Assembly (NCBI RefSeq): GCF_006345805.1
Contig: NC_043018.1
Coordinates: forward strand, 26,846,001-26,910,000
Reading direction: 5' to 3'
Source: Octopus sinensis
Lineage: Eukaryota
Length of the DNA stretch: 64,000 nucleotides
Each line of letters opens with the position of its first letter. The first letter of the stretch is position 1. The translations under genes were made by a program, and so were the position numbers. The notes beneath the pieces were generated by a model. The model ran no database searches and was not told where the DNA came from. It saw only the letters and a program-made list of their open reading frames with translations. This document shows positions 46,251 to 60,289 of this stretch, one piece after another.

Positions 46251-46996
46251 ATTTATAATAATAAATGTTAATATTTTACATGAGTTATAATCCTTGGCCT
46301 TAATTAACTGTAAACGAGCAATAAATAAATAAATAAAGTATTTTTATGTATATTGACAATTCAGACAGAGAAGTAAAAGCGTGGTTGTCCTTGCATGCAG
46401 GTTTGTCCCCTGCATCCCTCTCCAGCTGAACATTCCGAACCTCGTGGGCTCATGGGTGCTAATGCCATGTAAAAAGCACATGTACTGGTGCCATGTAAAT
46501 GCATCTGTGCAGGTGCTGCGTAAAACGAACCCTGTACACTGTGTGAAGTGGTTGGCATCAGGGAGGGCATCCAGCTGTAGAGACCATTGGAGGAGCCCAG
46601 GCAACTCTTCAGCTGGTCAGCTCTGTGTCAAACTGTCCAACCCATGCCAGCATAGAAAACAGACACTAAATTATGGTAATGATGATGATGATTATTATTA
46701 TTAAAATGAAAGCAAAATATAGAATTCAGAAAAAAAAATCAGCCGATGTTCAATTGTTACAGTTTGCAAGCAAGCAAAGTCCAAATGCTTAGACCTGCTG
46801 TTCTTAACCTTAGGTGGCCCTCAAGCATCCTTCAGCGGCCCTGATGGTCATCCATCTCTAAATCTAATAAATTTTTCTTTAACGTTTTACCATTCAGATT
46901 ATTTTGTCAAATGTAATGCTTATTTGTTCACATTTTAAAGAATTAAAGAATTAATCCTGTATTATCTTGTAGCTTTGAAATTTTGAAGATGTGATT

Positions 46997-47036
<40 letters not shown>

Positions 47037-47328
47037 TGGCAGATGGATGTAACCAAATGATCAACCACTGATGATGATGCCTTGGAAATAGGCAAAACTA
47101 GTCTAGTGGTTCCAGAGATGGTCATGGTGTGGTTACTTCCCTGTGTGTGTGTGTGTGTGTATGAATATATATATATATATATATATATTACTGAGATGTA
47201 CTTGCATAGCAAGTGACCTGATCTGAGATTGTGTGTGCTGGAACGAAAACAATTGCAGCATGGAAGATGTTTATAAGCCATTTAAAAACAAACAAAAACC
47301 ATTAGGTTACTTCAACATTTAAATTTAA

Positions 47329-47379
47329 TTTGCCAAAATATTTTCATCGCTTTGAGACTGCGACTTGTTCACTGACAAA
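47329..47379 (-). ncRNA. Putative minimal hammerhead ribozyme, G3-C8 variant, second copy
   Basis: UUUGUCA-GUGAACA-A-GUCGC-AGUCUCAAA-GCGAU-GAAA-AUAUU-U-UGGCAAA. All stems pair, allowing G-U. Confidence 0.55.
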
Positions 47380-47405
47380 ATTCTGTGCTGCAAAATGTAT
47401 ATGTG

Positions 47406-47438
<33 letters not shown>

Positions 47439-47568
47439 TGCACTCTTCTTACAGTATTGCGAGTTTAACTCTTATTTCTAGCAATGTAGGTTCTTATGCA
47501 CCCTTAGTCACGTTTAGTAGCAATTAAATCTTTCCTTTATAGTGTATGAGTGTGTGTGTATATATATA

Positions 47569-47601
<33 letters not shown>

Positions 47602-47951
47602 CGAGCAAAATACTTCCCATCCAATGGACAGTGCTGAGTTGTCAAACATTTAAACCAAATTTTCTCAAAACTTGTCCGACCGTCCCATAGACCTCCCCTT
47701 TGAGAAACACTGATTAAACCTAAATTTGAGACACCAGCAAAAGACGGATTTCGACTGATGTACTTGCGCATACAAATGCACGTTCCCACGGCTTTATCGA
47801 TCGCATTCTCACCTGGAATCGATTTTTGTAATTTTTTTCAAGACTTATACACGCCCTGATATCGTCGGTATCTACATATCAAATTTGAGCGCAATCAGAT
47901 GCAGGATGCCCGAGATCCTAGAAGACACACACAGACAGACAGAATGGATTT

Positions 47952-47995
<44 letters not shown>

Positions 47996-50900
47996 TCACA
48001 GTCCTGTTTGTATGTATGTATGCTTAGAGCAACAAGCTGGCCTTCATGCTGATGGCATGTTAAGCACACCATTCGAGCGTGATCGTTACCGCATCGCCTT
48101 ACTAGCACTTGTGCTGGTGGCACATGAAATATTCGAGCGAGGTCGTCGCCAGTGCCGCTGGACTGGCTCCTTTGCAGGTGGCATGTAAAAAGCACCAGTT
48201 GGGCGTGACCGTTGCCAGTACCATCAAACTGGCCCTCTTGCCGGTGGTACATAAAATCACCCACTACACTCTTGGAGTGATTGGTGTTAGGAAGGGCATC
48301 CAGCTGTAGAAACTCTGCCAGATCAGATTGGAGTCTGGTTTGCCAGACCTCAGTCAAATCGTCCAACCCATGCTAGCATGGAAAGCGGACGTTAAATGAT
48401 GATGCATCTATAAACACATACAGATACACACAAGTCCACAAAATCACATATGTATGAATATGTTGCATATCTGTACAACTCCGGAATGAAAAATCACATC
48501 TAGAATGTCCCAATTGTTTTCTAAAATTTAATATTACAAGCAAGCCATAACTAATTTCTCTTACCACTACCACCACAAGCCGTAATAGAACTCAGTGTTA
48601 TTTGTATTATCCAGTTTGTATTATGTTATTCTGTTAAACCTGGATAGGGTGATAGTCCCTCACATGTAGCTTTCCCTGCAAACCAACAAAGAGACACACA
48701 CACACATTTTCTCTTTAATGTTCCTATTTTATAAAAGGTGTGAAAGATTTAAATAGTTAAATGTGAATATAGAGACAACATTATACACGCACACACACAC
48801 ACATAGATACACTATATATATAGTGTGTCTATCCATTTATAAATGCTATAAATGTATGTGCATATAAATATATATGTGTGCATGTAAACATGTTTGCATA
48901 TGTGTGTGTGCAAATGTAAACGTGTTTGCATTGTGTGTGTGTGCATGTAAACATGTATGTATGTGTGTTTGCTTGTAAATATGTTTGCGTGTGTGTGTGT
49001 GTGTGTGTGTGCACATGTGTGTTTGCATGTGTGTGTATGTATGTGCTTGTAAACGTGTTTGCGTATGTGTGTAGTTGCATATATATACGTGTGTGTGTGT
49101 GTGTGTGTTAAGGTGGTGAACTGGTAGAATTGTTGGAGTATCGAATTATCATGGTGTCTAGCTTGTGCCTCCTCGGAGGGGAACATTCTAGGTTCAATCC
49201 CATGGTAATTCGTGGCCAAAGGGAGTCTTTATATAATGTGCATTTAGGTTTTCATTTATTGTTATTGCACACTAATTGTTAAGAAATGTCACCACCATAC
49301 AAATGAAGTCATTCGTTTGTAATCTTCCTCAAAAATAGGTCAGGCCACTGAGGTAATTGTGTTCAGGAGACAAGAAGTGTGTGTGTGGGGGGGGGGGGAA
49401 TTACATTGAATGGAAACGGGTCAGAGTTGGTAGCAAGAAGAACATGTAGCTATAGAAAATCTGCCTCAATGAGTTTCATCTGATCCATATCAGCATGAAA
49501 ATATGGACCTTCAAACAGCAATAATGGTTTACAACCAACAAATATTGTAAATATGTATTTCGTTATTGTCCACAGGTGGCTAAACGTAGAGAGGACAAAC
49601 AAAGATAGATAAAGGGATTAAGTCGATTACATCGACTCCAGTGTGTAACTGATACTTATTTAATCGACTCCGAAAGGATTCCAGCTTGCTGCCTTTTGTA
49701 AATATTGTAATATCTATGGGGGACAGTTACAGATTTCTCAGAGGATTATAGAATCTACCGTGAAGTATGAGAACTGACCAGAACTATGTCAATATTATGT
49801 CAACCTTATCACAGTAATTACTGAAATACGGTTTTGAGTTTTTGGGCTCGGAGGGCTGGTTACTTGGTTTCCGTGATACCAATCCAGTGCAAGGTGGTCA
49901 CTCATTTTGGAGTTGAATTGACTGAAAGAATGTGAAAAGAAATATTTCACACAAAAACACAATGCAGTGACTCGTCCAAGAATTGAAACCATTATCTTGC
50001 AATTATGATTGCCTAATTAATTTGCACAAATTAATTTAAAGCAATTTATCATTAAACTGAAGGATTACTCATTTTTTAATGGAATATATATTTTTTAAAT
50101 TGCTCTCCTTCGTCAGATTGTCTGATGAAAAGGAAGTAAAATCTTTGTCAAAATAATAATTGATACGTATGAAAGTTGATACGTACAAACCATGCCTGTG
50201 TGGAAATGGACATTGATGATGATGATGATATGTACACATGCATGTATACATACATGTGTGTGAAAGCGTGTAGCCAAGATTGTGTGTTTGATTCCCTGAT
50301 TGGACAGCACGTTGTATTCTTGAGCAAAACAATTTCACATTGCTCCAGCCCTGCCATTCAATCAGTGGGGAATGTTGACCTGCTCACCTAACCAGTCGGG
50401 TGGCATTATTCAAAGGTTAAATCAATGCAAAATGCATTGTGACCAGTGCTGTGTAACATTTGATGGCTTGGTTGGTCCAAAGATAACGGACAGAGTCAAC
50501 AACTATTGAAAAGATTGTAAGACACAAAGAAAATTTTTGGAAAAATAAATAAGTAAATGAGTGGAAATATTACCGGTGAGTGTGTTAAATAATAAGGCAC
50601 TAAAAGAGAATGACTCTCCCCAGACACAACAACATTTTGAAGAGAATCCAGCTGCAAAGACTGTGCCAAAGCAGACCTTGCCAATGCTGGTGCCATACCC
50701 AGGCCACTCTGTAAAGTGGTTAGCATCAGGAAGGGCACCCAAGCATAGAAACCTTCCAAGACTGAGAGCTGGCAGAAGCATTAACATGTTGTGCAAAATG
50801 CTAAGTGGCATTTTGTCTATCTTTACGTTCTGAGTTCAAATTCTGCTGAGGTCGACACTGCCTTTCATCCTTTTGGGGTCAATAAAGTAAGTACTAGTTG

Positions 50901-52555
50901 AGTTCGGGGGTTGATGGAATCGACTTAAGATTGTGGTTTCGATTCCTGGACCGGGTGACGCGTTGTGTTCTTGACCAAAACACTTCATTTCACGTTGCTC
51001 CAGTCCACTCAGCTGGCAAAAATGAGTAACGCTGCGATAGACTGGCATCCTGTCCATCTGGGGAACACATACGCCATAGAAACTGGGAAACCGGGCCCAT
51101 GAGCCTGGCTGGGCTTTAAAAGGGCACATTTATTTATTATTTATACTCATGGTCTTATGGCTGTAGGTTCCATCCTACTCTCTCTCTTTCTTTAATAGTT
51201 TTTTTCTCAGTCTCTTTGCAAATTCAAACAGTGTTCAGATGTTATCAGGCTTTTTAATGCTTTGTTTTTTCCTTTCCACTTGAAAATAACCCGTTTTTAA
51301 CCCTAAAATACCTGTTAATATTTATTGGTGCTTCAAATATAACACTATTTTGGAAAAATAACAACAAAATCAAAAGTCTGAATAAGCTCAAAGGATTCCT
51401 TTGATTATATATATAATTAGCAAACATTTGATCAGAAAAATTGGTAGAAATATTGACATCCGAATAACTATATAGTATACACACACATACATACATATGC
51501 ACACACTCTCACACACACACTCACTCACACACACTCACACACACACTCACTCACTCAAACACACTCACACACGTACATGCACACATAAATATTCACTCAC
51601 AAGTCGTTATTTTTGGTTTTTCTAATGGTGGAACTTGAAGTAGACAAATCTATAAATAACAGCCTCTGGAATACTGGGGCACCCTTTGAATTTTTCCATC
51701 TAAGGAGGCTTTTTTACCCAATTTTCTTACTATTTATAGCTTTATCAAGGCAGCAAGTTGGCAGAATGGTTAGCACACTGGGCAAAATGTTTCACGACAT
51801 TTCTTTCAGCTTTACATTCTGAGTTCAAATACCACCAAAGTTGACACAGCGTTTTATCTTTTTGGGGTCGATAAAATAGGTACCTGTTGCATACTGGGGT
51901 CAACATAGTCGGCTAACATCCTCCCCCAAAGTTTCCTGCTTTCTGCAAATTGTTGAAAGGATTATTTTTTTCTAATCTAAGTTCTACTATTTAAAACAAT
52001 TTATTCCAATCTCTCAAAGTTTCTAAATGTTTATAACAAGAAGAGGCCAAGCTTCTTGGAGGTTTTGTATTTTTCTTTTGAGAGAGCAAGAATTATGTAA
52101 TCTATTTATAGTTCTACAAAAAGAAAACAGTACAATCTAAAAACGCTACAAAAGGATTCAATACCTTGTTACATAGTGTTTATATTTATTATATATAACA
52201 ACAACTTTCACTTGTACAATACATCTATATTTTTCATATCTTTGAAAATAGATTGAAACACCAGTAAAATATCTGACACCTTACATATGTGTGTGAGAGA
52301 GAGAGAGTCCTGGTTTTCTTCGACAATGACTCTTCAAATCCATAAAGGTTCCTACATGCTTTGTAATACCAACCTGCCCAACAACACCCCCTGTGGCTCT
52401 ATAATACTAATTCTGTGTTTTAAAATGACCTAAATTAAAAACTTCAATCAAAATTTCGTGTTAATTTCTGTTCCAAACACCAGCTTAAAAACGACTTGGC
52501 TATTTTCCTAAATCCTTCAGTATTTTCAAAATCAATTGAAACGAAGACAGAATAT

Positions 52556-52968
52556 GGATCTTTTCGGTTTGAACGGCAGTTTTTTCTCGCGGTGTCATAT
52601 GAAATTGTCACCCATAATTATGACCCTAGTATCGATCTATTGCATTTCAATCTCTTTTAGGGTTAGGATTAGGGGTGGGGGGAAGGGTATCTTTTTCTTT
52701 ACAAATGTTATAAACCCAATCTGTTTCTTAAACGAGGGACATATTCATACAGCACAGAATGCATTTTACTTCAATGGACGTCAGTGATTGGTTGAAATTG
52801 CAGAAATTGAAGAAAAAAACAACAAATATCTTACAAACTATAGAATTTTCTCAATAAAGCCAGGAGAAAAAGATGTTTTATAAACACATTCTACCAGTGT
52901 ACGAAGTTTAAAATTTTTTAGTTACCTAGAAATTATGTTAAAAACTGCCGTTCAAATAGAAAAGATCC
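52556..52968. mobile_element. Merlin-like MITE nested in a piggyBac-like MITE
   Basis: 28-bp TIRs GGATCTTTTC..TTTGAACGGCAGTTTTT with 2 mismatches. Perfect 8-bp TSD CAGAATAT at 52548-55 and 52969-76. The host ends GGAAAGG|TTAA at about 53007. Confidence 0.75.
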
Positions 52969-54394
52969 CAGAATATTTCAACAGAAATATGGTAACGGAA
53001 AGGTTAACAACAATGCCTCACATATGCATACCTGTACATACAAACACATATACACACACACACATATGCATACACACATACAGGTGTGTCTATGTAAGGA
53101 TGTAAACTTTTTTTTCCTGTTTTTTCCTTTTTGTCAAACACACTCCTTTAACCTTAAATAAACTGAAAAAGATCAATAAATAATATTTTTCCTTTCCTTA
53201 TTGGAATAATTTATTGATAATCTAATCATAACAGGATTACAATAGTAAAAAAAAAATCTATTGATTTTTTTTATTTTTTGCTTTTTTTTGACACCAACAG
53301 GTTTCAAACAGTCTGTAAAGATATTGTGGGCATTGTCCCTCCTCTTCTAACCAACTCTTATATTATTTATTTTTGTGAAATATATTTCAGACAATTGTGA
53401 TGTAGTCATTTTTCAGTGACAGTTTTTTTTTATATAAATGTGTATTATTTATCCGTCTTTCTGGTGTTGTTGTTGTTGTTGCTGCTGTTGTTTAGCCCCT
53501 CCCTCCACGGCAGTCCTAATTAAGGAAACACTATATGATTGCACAAACAATACGATTATCTCCAACATGTTTTTGTTGTTTTTCTCCCTTTTTTTCTTTT
53601 TCAGAAAAAAAAACAAAAAAAAACAAGATTGTCACAGTTTGAATGTCTTTGACTCTAGATCTACTTGATAAGAACTAGCCTAGGGTTAAACTATATCCAG
53701 AGCCAGTTTTAAGTCAATTAGGTAAACTTGTTCCAATTGGGCCCTGGGCCAAGAGAGGGCTACATACACTCATACACACACACGAGCAGAAGACGCTATG
53801 ATGAATTAAACCCTTTGACTGTGGTCAGCAAAAATATCCACAAGATTCCTTTTATGTTTCCATGTGACAAGTTGATTTACCCTATGACTTTAGAAAAAAA
53901 AAACGTTGTACTACATCCTATTCATTTTGGCAACTTGAGCTGAATTTGAACTCAGAAATATTGCTTCTATGTTACAGTACATATTTTGTCAATTATATTA
54001 GAGGTTGACAAAGCTATATGCTGTTACTACATAGAATACTTATAGCAGGAGTGGGGAAACTTTTTAGTGCGGTGGGAAAAAGTTTCCACCACACCACCAA
54101 AAAAAAGATCTGTGGGTGGATCACAAGTTCCAACTCTTATATCTGTAAATCTTGTATATATCTATCTATAATTTGATATACATTAATAAAGATAAGTTTA
54201 ACACATTAAATTAACATATAACATCATTAACGATGCCACTGATTTTTTGACGTTTATATTACTTATGAGGTGTTCAGTATTTTTCAGAGCTAGAGTGTAG
54301 TTGGGTCTCAAGGGAGTGGTACAAACTTAGCAACATGTGTTTTATAGTGAAAACAAAATTTCTGTTCAAATCACAACTGCCGGACGATTTTTCC

Positions 54395-54678
54395 GTTCGA
54401 GTCTAACACTAAGAGTTGCTGAAGCATGGAACAAACTGCCGGCATCAGTTGTTAGTTGTCGGAGCACTGCATCCTTCAAAACTTCCATGCTTCCCGAGAT
54501 TCGCCAACACTACACCTAATTTTCTCCCCTCCATACACACGCAAGCATGTATCCGACTCATACACTGTTCACTTTTCAGACATTTGTACATTACTGCATA
54601 TGCTTTATACGCACTTTTGACAAATTGTGGTGCACCTGAGCACTGTATACAATAATTTCATTATTATTATATTATTAT
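54395..54678 (+). mobile_element. CR1 LINE 3' end (same family as 29930-30295)
   Basis: Encodes [37 protein letters not shown], with the same UTR and ATT tail. Confidence 0.8.
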
Positions 54679-55057
54679 AAGTCGTAATGGAAATGTAACC
54701 TGTGTCGTAAGGAGACATACGAGTATAAATTTTATAATTGAAAAATTGACTATATTTTGTACATACGAGTATACCAGCTGATGAGTGCAATAAAATGGGC
54801 TTGCAGGCGCAATTCTGCCCACAGACAGGAGTTTCCCCACCCCTGGCTTATGGATATCTAGCCAGCATTACAGGTGTTGTTTTGGCAGTGCGGTTAAGAA
54901 GATTCCTCCCAACCACATTGTGTCAGGTTCAGTCCCACAGAGTGGCATCAAGAGCAAAAGTCTATAATGCTAGTCAAGCGAAACCTTACCAGTGACTTGG
55001 AAACTGAAAGCAGCATGCTCCTTCTCTCTCTACTGTGTGTATGAATATATATCTATA

Positions 55058-55095
<38 letters not shown>

Positions 55096-57137
55096 CGACG
55101 GGCTTTTTTCAGTTTCCGTCAGCCAAATCCGGTCTCAATGCCATGGTGGGGGCGAGTAGGACTGAATTCGGAACCATGTGGTTAAGAAGCAAACTTTTTG
55201 CTACATAGCCACTGTAATTTCTATTGTGCATGACAAAGACATCCAAAAAAAAAAAATCTTTTTCCATGAGATAGAGGATGCTTAATTCAAAATACCACCA
55301 AAACCTTTAACAAACGACGCTCTTGTTCACAACTTATTTTTCTGACGCAAAGCAACTTAAGAGCAGATAACTAAGGCTTCACTCTGACGCTGTATGAATT
55401 ACTTCCCTTTAATTTTTCATCGCTGCAGAACGGTCTCATAGCGACGAAAAGAATTTGGCAAATTTAATTTAAATATTGAAGTGAATCTAACGGTGTTTGT
55501 GTGTTTTAAATGGCTTTCACGCTGCAATTGTTTTTGTTTCAGCACAACGATCTCAGATTAGGTTCTTTGTTATGCAAGTATATCTCTGTAAATATAATTT
55601 TTTTTAAAAAATTACTCCAAAGCGTTGGCATAACTACACAAATGTGCCCCACTATTTTGTTTCCGCACAACTTCCAGAAAAATATCTTTTCATGAAATTT
55701 TCTATAAATACGTTTCAGATGATGTTGATTCCGATTATATCGGAAAGTGTGAGGGAATAAATTTTCCAAAGGTGGGGAGTTTCGGAAAAGTCTTAATAGT
55801 CGGCTTTATTTTTATTTTTTTCTTTACTTTAGTCGAACAAATGGACTCCAGGACTTATTCTTTGTAAGCCTAGTACTTATTCTATCAATCTCTTTTGCTG
55901 AACCGCTAAGTTACGGGGACGTAAACTCACCAATATCAGTTGTCAAGTAAGAGTGGTGAAAAAGTTGCAAAAATCGATTCTAGGTGAGAATGCGATCGAT
56001 AAAGCCATGGGAACGTGCATTTGTACGCTGTTGCGATCGATACAACGCGTACACGAGAAAAATGCACGTGCAGTTTGTGCAAAAAAAAGCCGGCTGGCTT
56101 GAAATAATGTCACAAAATGCAGTATATCTAAGAGACCAAAAAAGTAAGATGCAAAAGAGATATTTTCTTCAAACTTGGCATGAAGGAAGGAAAGACTATT
56201 TGGCATCTCTCTCTTTTTTTTTTGTGCCTCAACTTCGTTTAACAAAACCAAAAATTTTATTGAAATAAAGGCATGCTTAATTATTTTTTAATGAAACGAA
56301 AACACTGATTGCCTTTTATTCAGCAGATATGATTCAGCACCGTCCATTGGACGGGGAGCGTTTTGCTCGTTTATAATATATACACGACTGCATCATCCAG
56401 TGGGTATTAAGTATATTTGGCAGCCTGTCAGAGAATGAACTTTCTGATCTACGCTGTGTTGTGGTCAGTTTGTTTCACTTTACAAGATTCTGAAGTTGTC
56501 GCCGACTCTTAGTTTATATATAATTTAGATTGTTTTAAAAAAAATTTACGTCTTCAAAAGACATTTTTTTTAAATCATAGAATTTTTGGTGTTCTTATAG
56601 AATAAAATTGGAAATTATCTAGTGCACCAAAACATGCATACCCGCCTCCCTTTTCCGTAGCACCGATGTTATCCAGGGGAAAGGCAAAACCGATACAACT
56701 TGGCAACTCATTTCTACAGCCGAGTGAACTGGAGCAATGTGAAATAAAGTGTCTTGCTCAAGAATACAACACCCAGCCCGGTCCGGGAATCGAACTCACT
56801 ACCTCATAATTGTGAACTCGACGCTCTAACCACTGAGCCATGCGCCTCCATACATATTTTTTTTTATAAATCACCAAGATGAGTGAAGTTCCCGAGTCAG
56901 AGTAAACTGGGTGTTATAGATGTGTCGGGGTTGTACATGTGTCTTGGGGGTTGACGTGCCGCGGGGGAGGATCCTGACGTGTCCTAGGGGTGGTTGTGGG
57001 TGTCGTGAGGGTGAGGGGTTGTGGACACGTCGTGAAGGGGAGGCGGGATCGCGGACGAGCTAGTTGTAAGCTATGGGAGTAGTAGGGGTGGTTGGGATAT
57101 GTGCTGTGGGTGTGCTTGAGAATGCACCTTAGGGGTA

Positions 57138-57582
57138 GTTGCAGATGCGCCGAGGGGTTGGTTGCAGATGCGCCGAGGGGTTGGTTACAAATGAGCCAGG
57201 GAGAGAGGGTCGCAAACGTGCCGTGGGAGAGAGGGGTCGCAGACGTGCCGTGGAACGAGAGGGGTCGCAGACGTGCTGTGGGACGAGAGGGGTCGCAGAC
57301 GTGCCGTGGAACGAGAGGGGTCGCAGACGTGCCGTGGGACGAGAGGGGTCGCAGACGTGCCGTGGGACGAGAGGGGTCGCAGACGTGCCGTGGGACGAGA
57401 GGTTGCAGACGTGCCGTGGGACTAGGGGCTGCAGACGTGCCGTGGGACTAGGGGCTGCAGACGTGCCGTGTGTCGAGGGCTTGCAGACGTGCCGTGGGAT
57501 GAGGGCTTGCAGATGTGCCGTGGGACGAGGGGTTGCAGATGTGCCGCGGGACGAGGGGCTGCAGACGTGCCGTGGGGGTGGG
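57138..57582. repeat. GC-rich minisatellite, 26-28-bp unit GACGTGCCGTGGGACGAGAGGGGTCGCA, about 16 copies
   Basis: Direct tandem periodicity (28 bp between 57301 and 57329), degenerating leftward to about 56920. Confidence 0.92.
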
Positions 57583-58926
57583 AGTGAATTCTGATGTTTT
57601 AAGAGCCTCTTCTGTCTTTTGCATTTTTTTAGTATCTTTTAAAGTGGTACTTTGAGATTCTTTATCTCTATCCCCAAGCTCTTATCTCGATACGAAGCTG
57701 TAAGATATGACAGTATTTCAATATCAAGTGTTTTCATAGATCTAATTATCCAATGTTTGATTAGTTAAGTGGCGTAGCATGTGGAGGTAGGGGTATTACA
57801 AGCATTAGACATGCGCGCCTTGTGAAATGGTATGTTGTGTAAGAGGCAAATATACATTCCAGTTTTATGAGTGGCCCAGTTACGTCAGGTTTAGGCAGTT
57901 TATTATTATGCATCACAAATCTGCTCGGACGCTTCCAACTGTTTGTCGAGTTTCGTCTCTGTTTTTTTTTTTCTTAATGCGCCAACAAGTGAAGGAGGTC
58001 GTTTGATGAACGCGAGTGGCCGAAGAACAGTGTGCAACGAAATCCCTATGTGGCTTGTGACGGAGCGAAACGAGCGACTGGTATCTGTGACCTAACTGAC
58101 GTGCGGTTTTCTGGCAAGACTTTGCCGGATTGTTTTCGATGAGCGACGGATTGGAGACGGTAAAAATTGATGCCTACTTCGACAGCTTGTCACGGCTCTC
58201 TAAAAGAGAGAAGAGAAGCAAAGTGCTAAGATGCTGTGCGAGTCGTAAATAACAGGGATTGGAATGTTTACTCGTGTTCACTTTCTCATCTCAAAAGACT
58301 TCTATTGCAGCTGACAGCAGTCTGGGACCATATTTAGTTGAGTGAGCCGAGGTGGTGACGCTGTCGAGGAATGACCCGATCAAAAGAACGCCATAGAAAA
58401 TTTCAGATCCGTAACTGTTCAACACAGTTAAAGATTTTGAAAGGGAGATAACTGATTAGTTACAGCGTAACTTTGCCTTACGTAAACCCGATATATGTGA
58501 ACGACTCTAGAACCACATTAAGGAAAGGTGTCCTTTTCTTTTTAAGACAATAGTGTTGTTTGAGGGAGATTTGGCTGTTATTTGGAGCAAATCGGGGAAC
58601 CATAAAGAAGCTTGCTGTATAATTTCACCTTCAACCGGTTTTAAGTATCGCTGTAATGTGACCCCCTTGCATCCCATTTTCGTAGGCTGGTATAATTTTA
58701 TTTGTCAGCTAACTATTTGCCTGTTCAAAGCATTTTCATGAGTTTGCCCTAAAACGTTCGTTGGCTTCCAGTAATATAAAGCTTTCCTGTAAAAAGTCAT
58801 AAGTTCCTCTGTTGGTTAAAAAGAAAATTCTTATATGACGCATGGACGTCAGAGAAAATACGTCCTGCGCATCTCATTTGACACAAAGTTCAACAAAGGG
58901 TTGATAGTTTGTTACTTTAATAATTA

Positions 58927-59292
58927 CTAGCACTATGACCCGGCAACGCCGGGTCATCGTGCTAGTGCATGCATATACAGCTACGTGCATGCGCACATAC
59001 ACGCGAGTACTGTCCAAATCTCCCACAAATCACATACAGCTAGCTGACATTCAATTGGCGTATCAAGTTTCGGACATTTTGATTGGGTTTTGGATAGAAA
59101 ATTCACAAAAAAAGTCACTTCTATTGAATTTTTAATGGCTTTGCCGGGTGACTGGGGAAATGTAAAGATATGCACGGCCACCCTTGGATGGTTTTGAATG
59201 ACCAAAGAAAGTGCGAGCCCTCTAACTGAAAAATTGTGGATTTGTATAAAGGACACACACACAGACATTTTGCCGTTTATATATAGAAAGAT
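58927..59292 (-). mobile_element. Non-autonomous Helitron
   Basis: A|CTAG with the perfect hairpin ATGACCCGGC-AAC-GCCGGGTCAT. Colinear with 10552-10936. Confidence 0.82.
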
Positions 59293-60060
59293 TAAGGCGG
59301 CAAGCTGGCAGAATCGTTAGCACACCGGGCAAAATACTTAGCAGCAATTCATCTGTCCTCACATTCAGAGTTCAAATTCCGTTGAAGTCGACTTTACTTT
59401 TTATCCTTTCGAGATCAATGAAATAAGTACCAGTTGAGTACTGGGAATCGATGTAATAGACTTATCCCCTTCCGCAAAATTACTGCCCTTGTGGCAAAAT
59501 TTGAAACCAATAATTAATATTTTACCTATTTAATTGCCAAACAAGCAATCACTCAGCAAGCCTCTATTTTCATTGTTCTGCCTCAGAATGGCGGCGAGCT
59601 GGCAGAATCGCTAGCACAGCGGGCAAAATGCTTAGCGGCATTTCACCCATCTTTACGTTCAAATACCGCCGAGGTTGACTTTACCTTTCATCCCTTCGGA
59701 ATCGATAAAATAAGTACCAGTTGAATACCAGGATCGATGTAATCGACTTAGCCCCCCTCCGCTAAACCTGCTCGCTTTGTGCCAAGATTTGAAACCATTA
59801 TGTTCTGTCTCAGAACCAAAAACTCATTGATTGTACTAATTTTTCAGCAAGTTTTAGAACACTACCTTAGCTTTAACGTAAGTGAAGGTCCACGACCTAC
59901 TGATGACGGGGTTCAATTCATGATTTTAAGATCGTGGGTTCATATTCAGGTGGAGCATTAAGTTCTTGAGCAAGGCATTTCATTTCACGTTGCGCCAGTC
60001 TACCAAGCGGTAAATAAATGAATACGAGGCATTTGTTGTTCATCCTTTCCCCCATCTTTC

Positions 60061-60289
60061 TTATTTCATTATTGCCCACAAGGGGCTAAACATAAAGGGG
60101 ACAAACAAGGACAGACAAAGGGATTAAGTCGATTACATCGACCCCAGTGCGTAACTGGTACTTATTTATCGACCCCGAAAGGATGAAAGGCAAAGTCGAC
60201 CTCGGCGGAATTTGAACTCAGAACGTAGCGGCCGACGAAATACGGCTACGCATTTCGCCCGGCGTGCTAACGGTTCTGCCAGCTCGCTG
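60061..60289 (-). mobile_element. SINE family A, full length, CpG-intact
   Basis: TSD CCTTTCCCC(T)CATCTTTC at about 60044-60 and 60290-307. Confidence 0.85.

Noticed and set aside
57092-57594. Repetitive ORFs and a possible CRISPR-like array
   Set aside because: Contiguous tandem units without unique spacers or cas genes in eukaryotic DNA. It is a minisatellite.
58000-58100. C/D box snoRNA (TGATGA...CTGA)
   Set aside because: No terminal stem or recognisable guide, and such short boxes are expected by chance.
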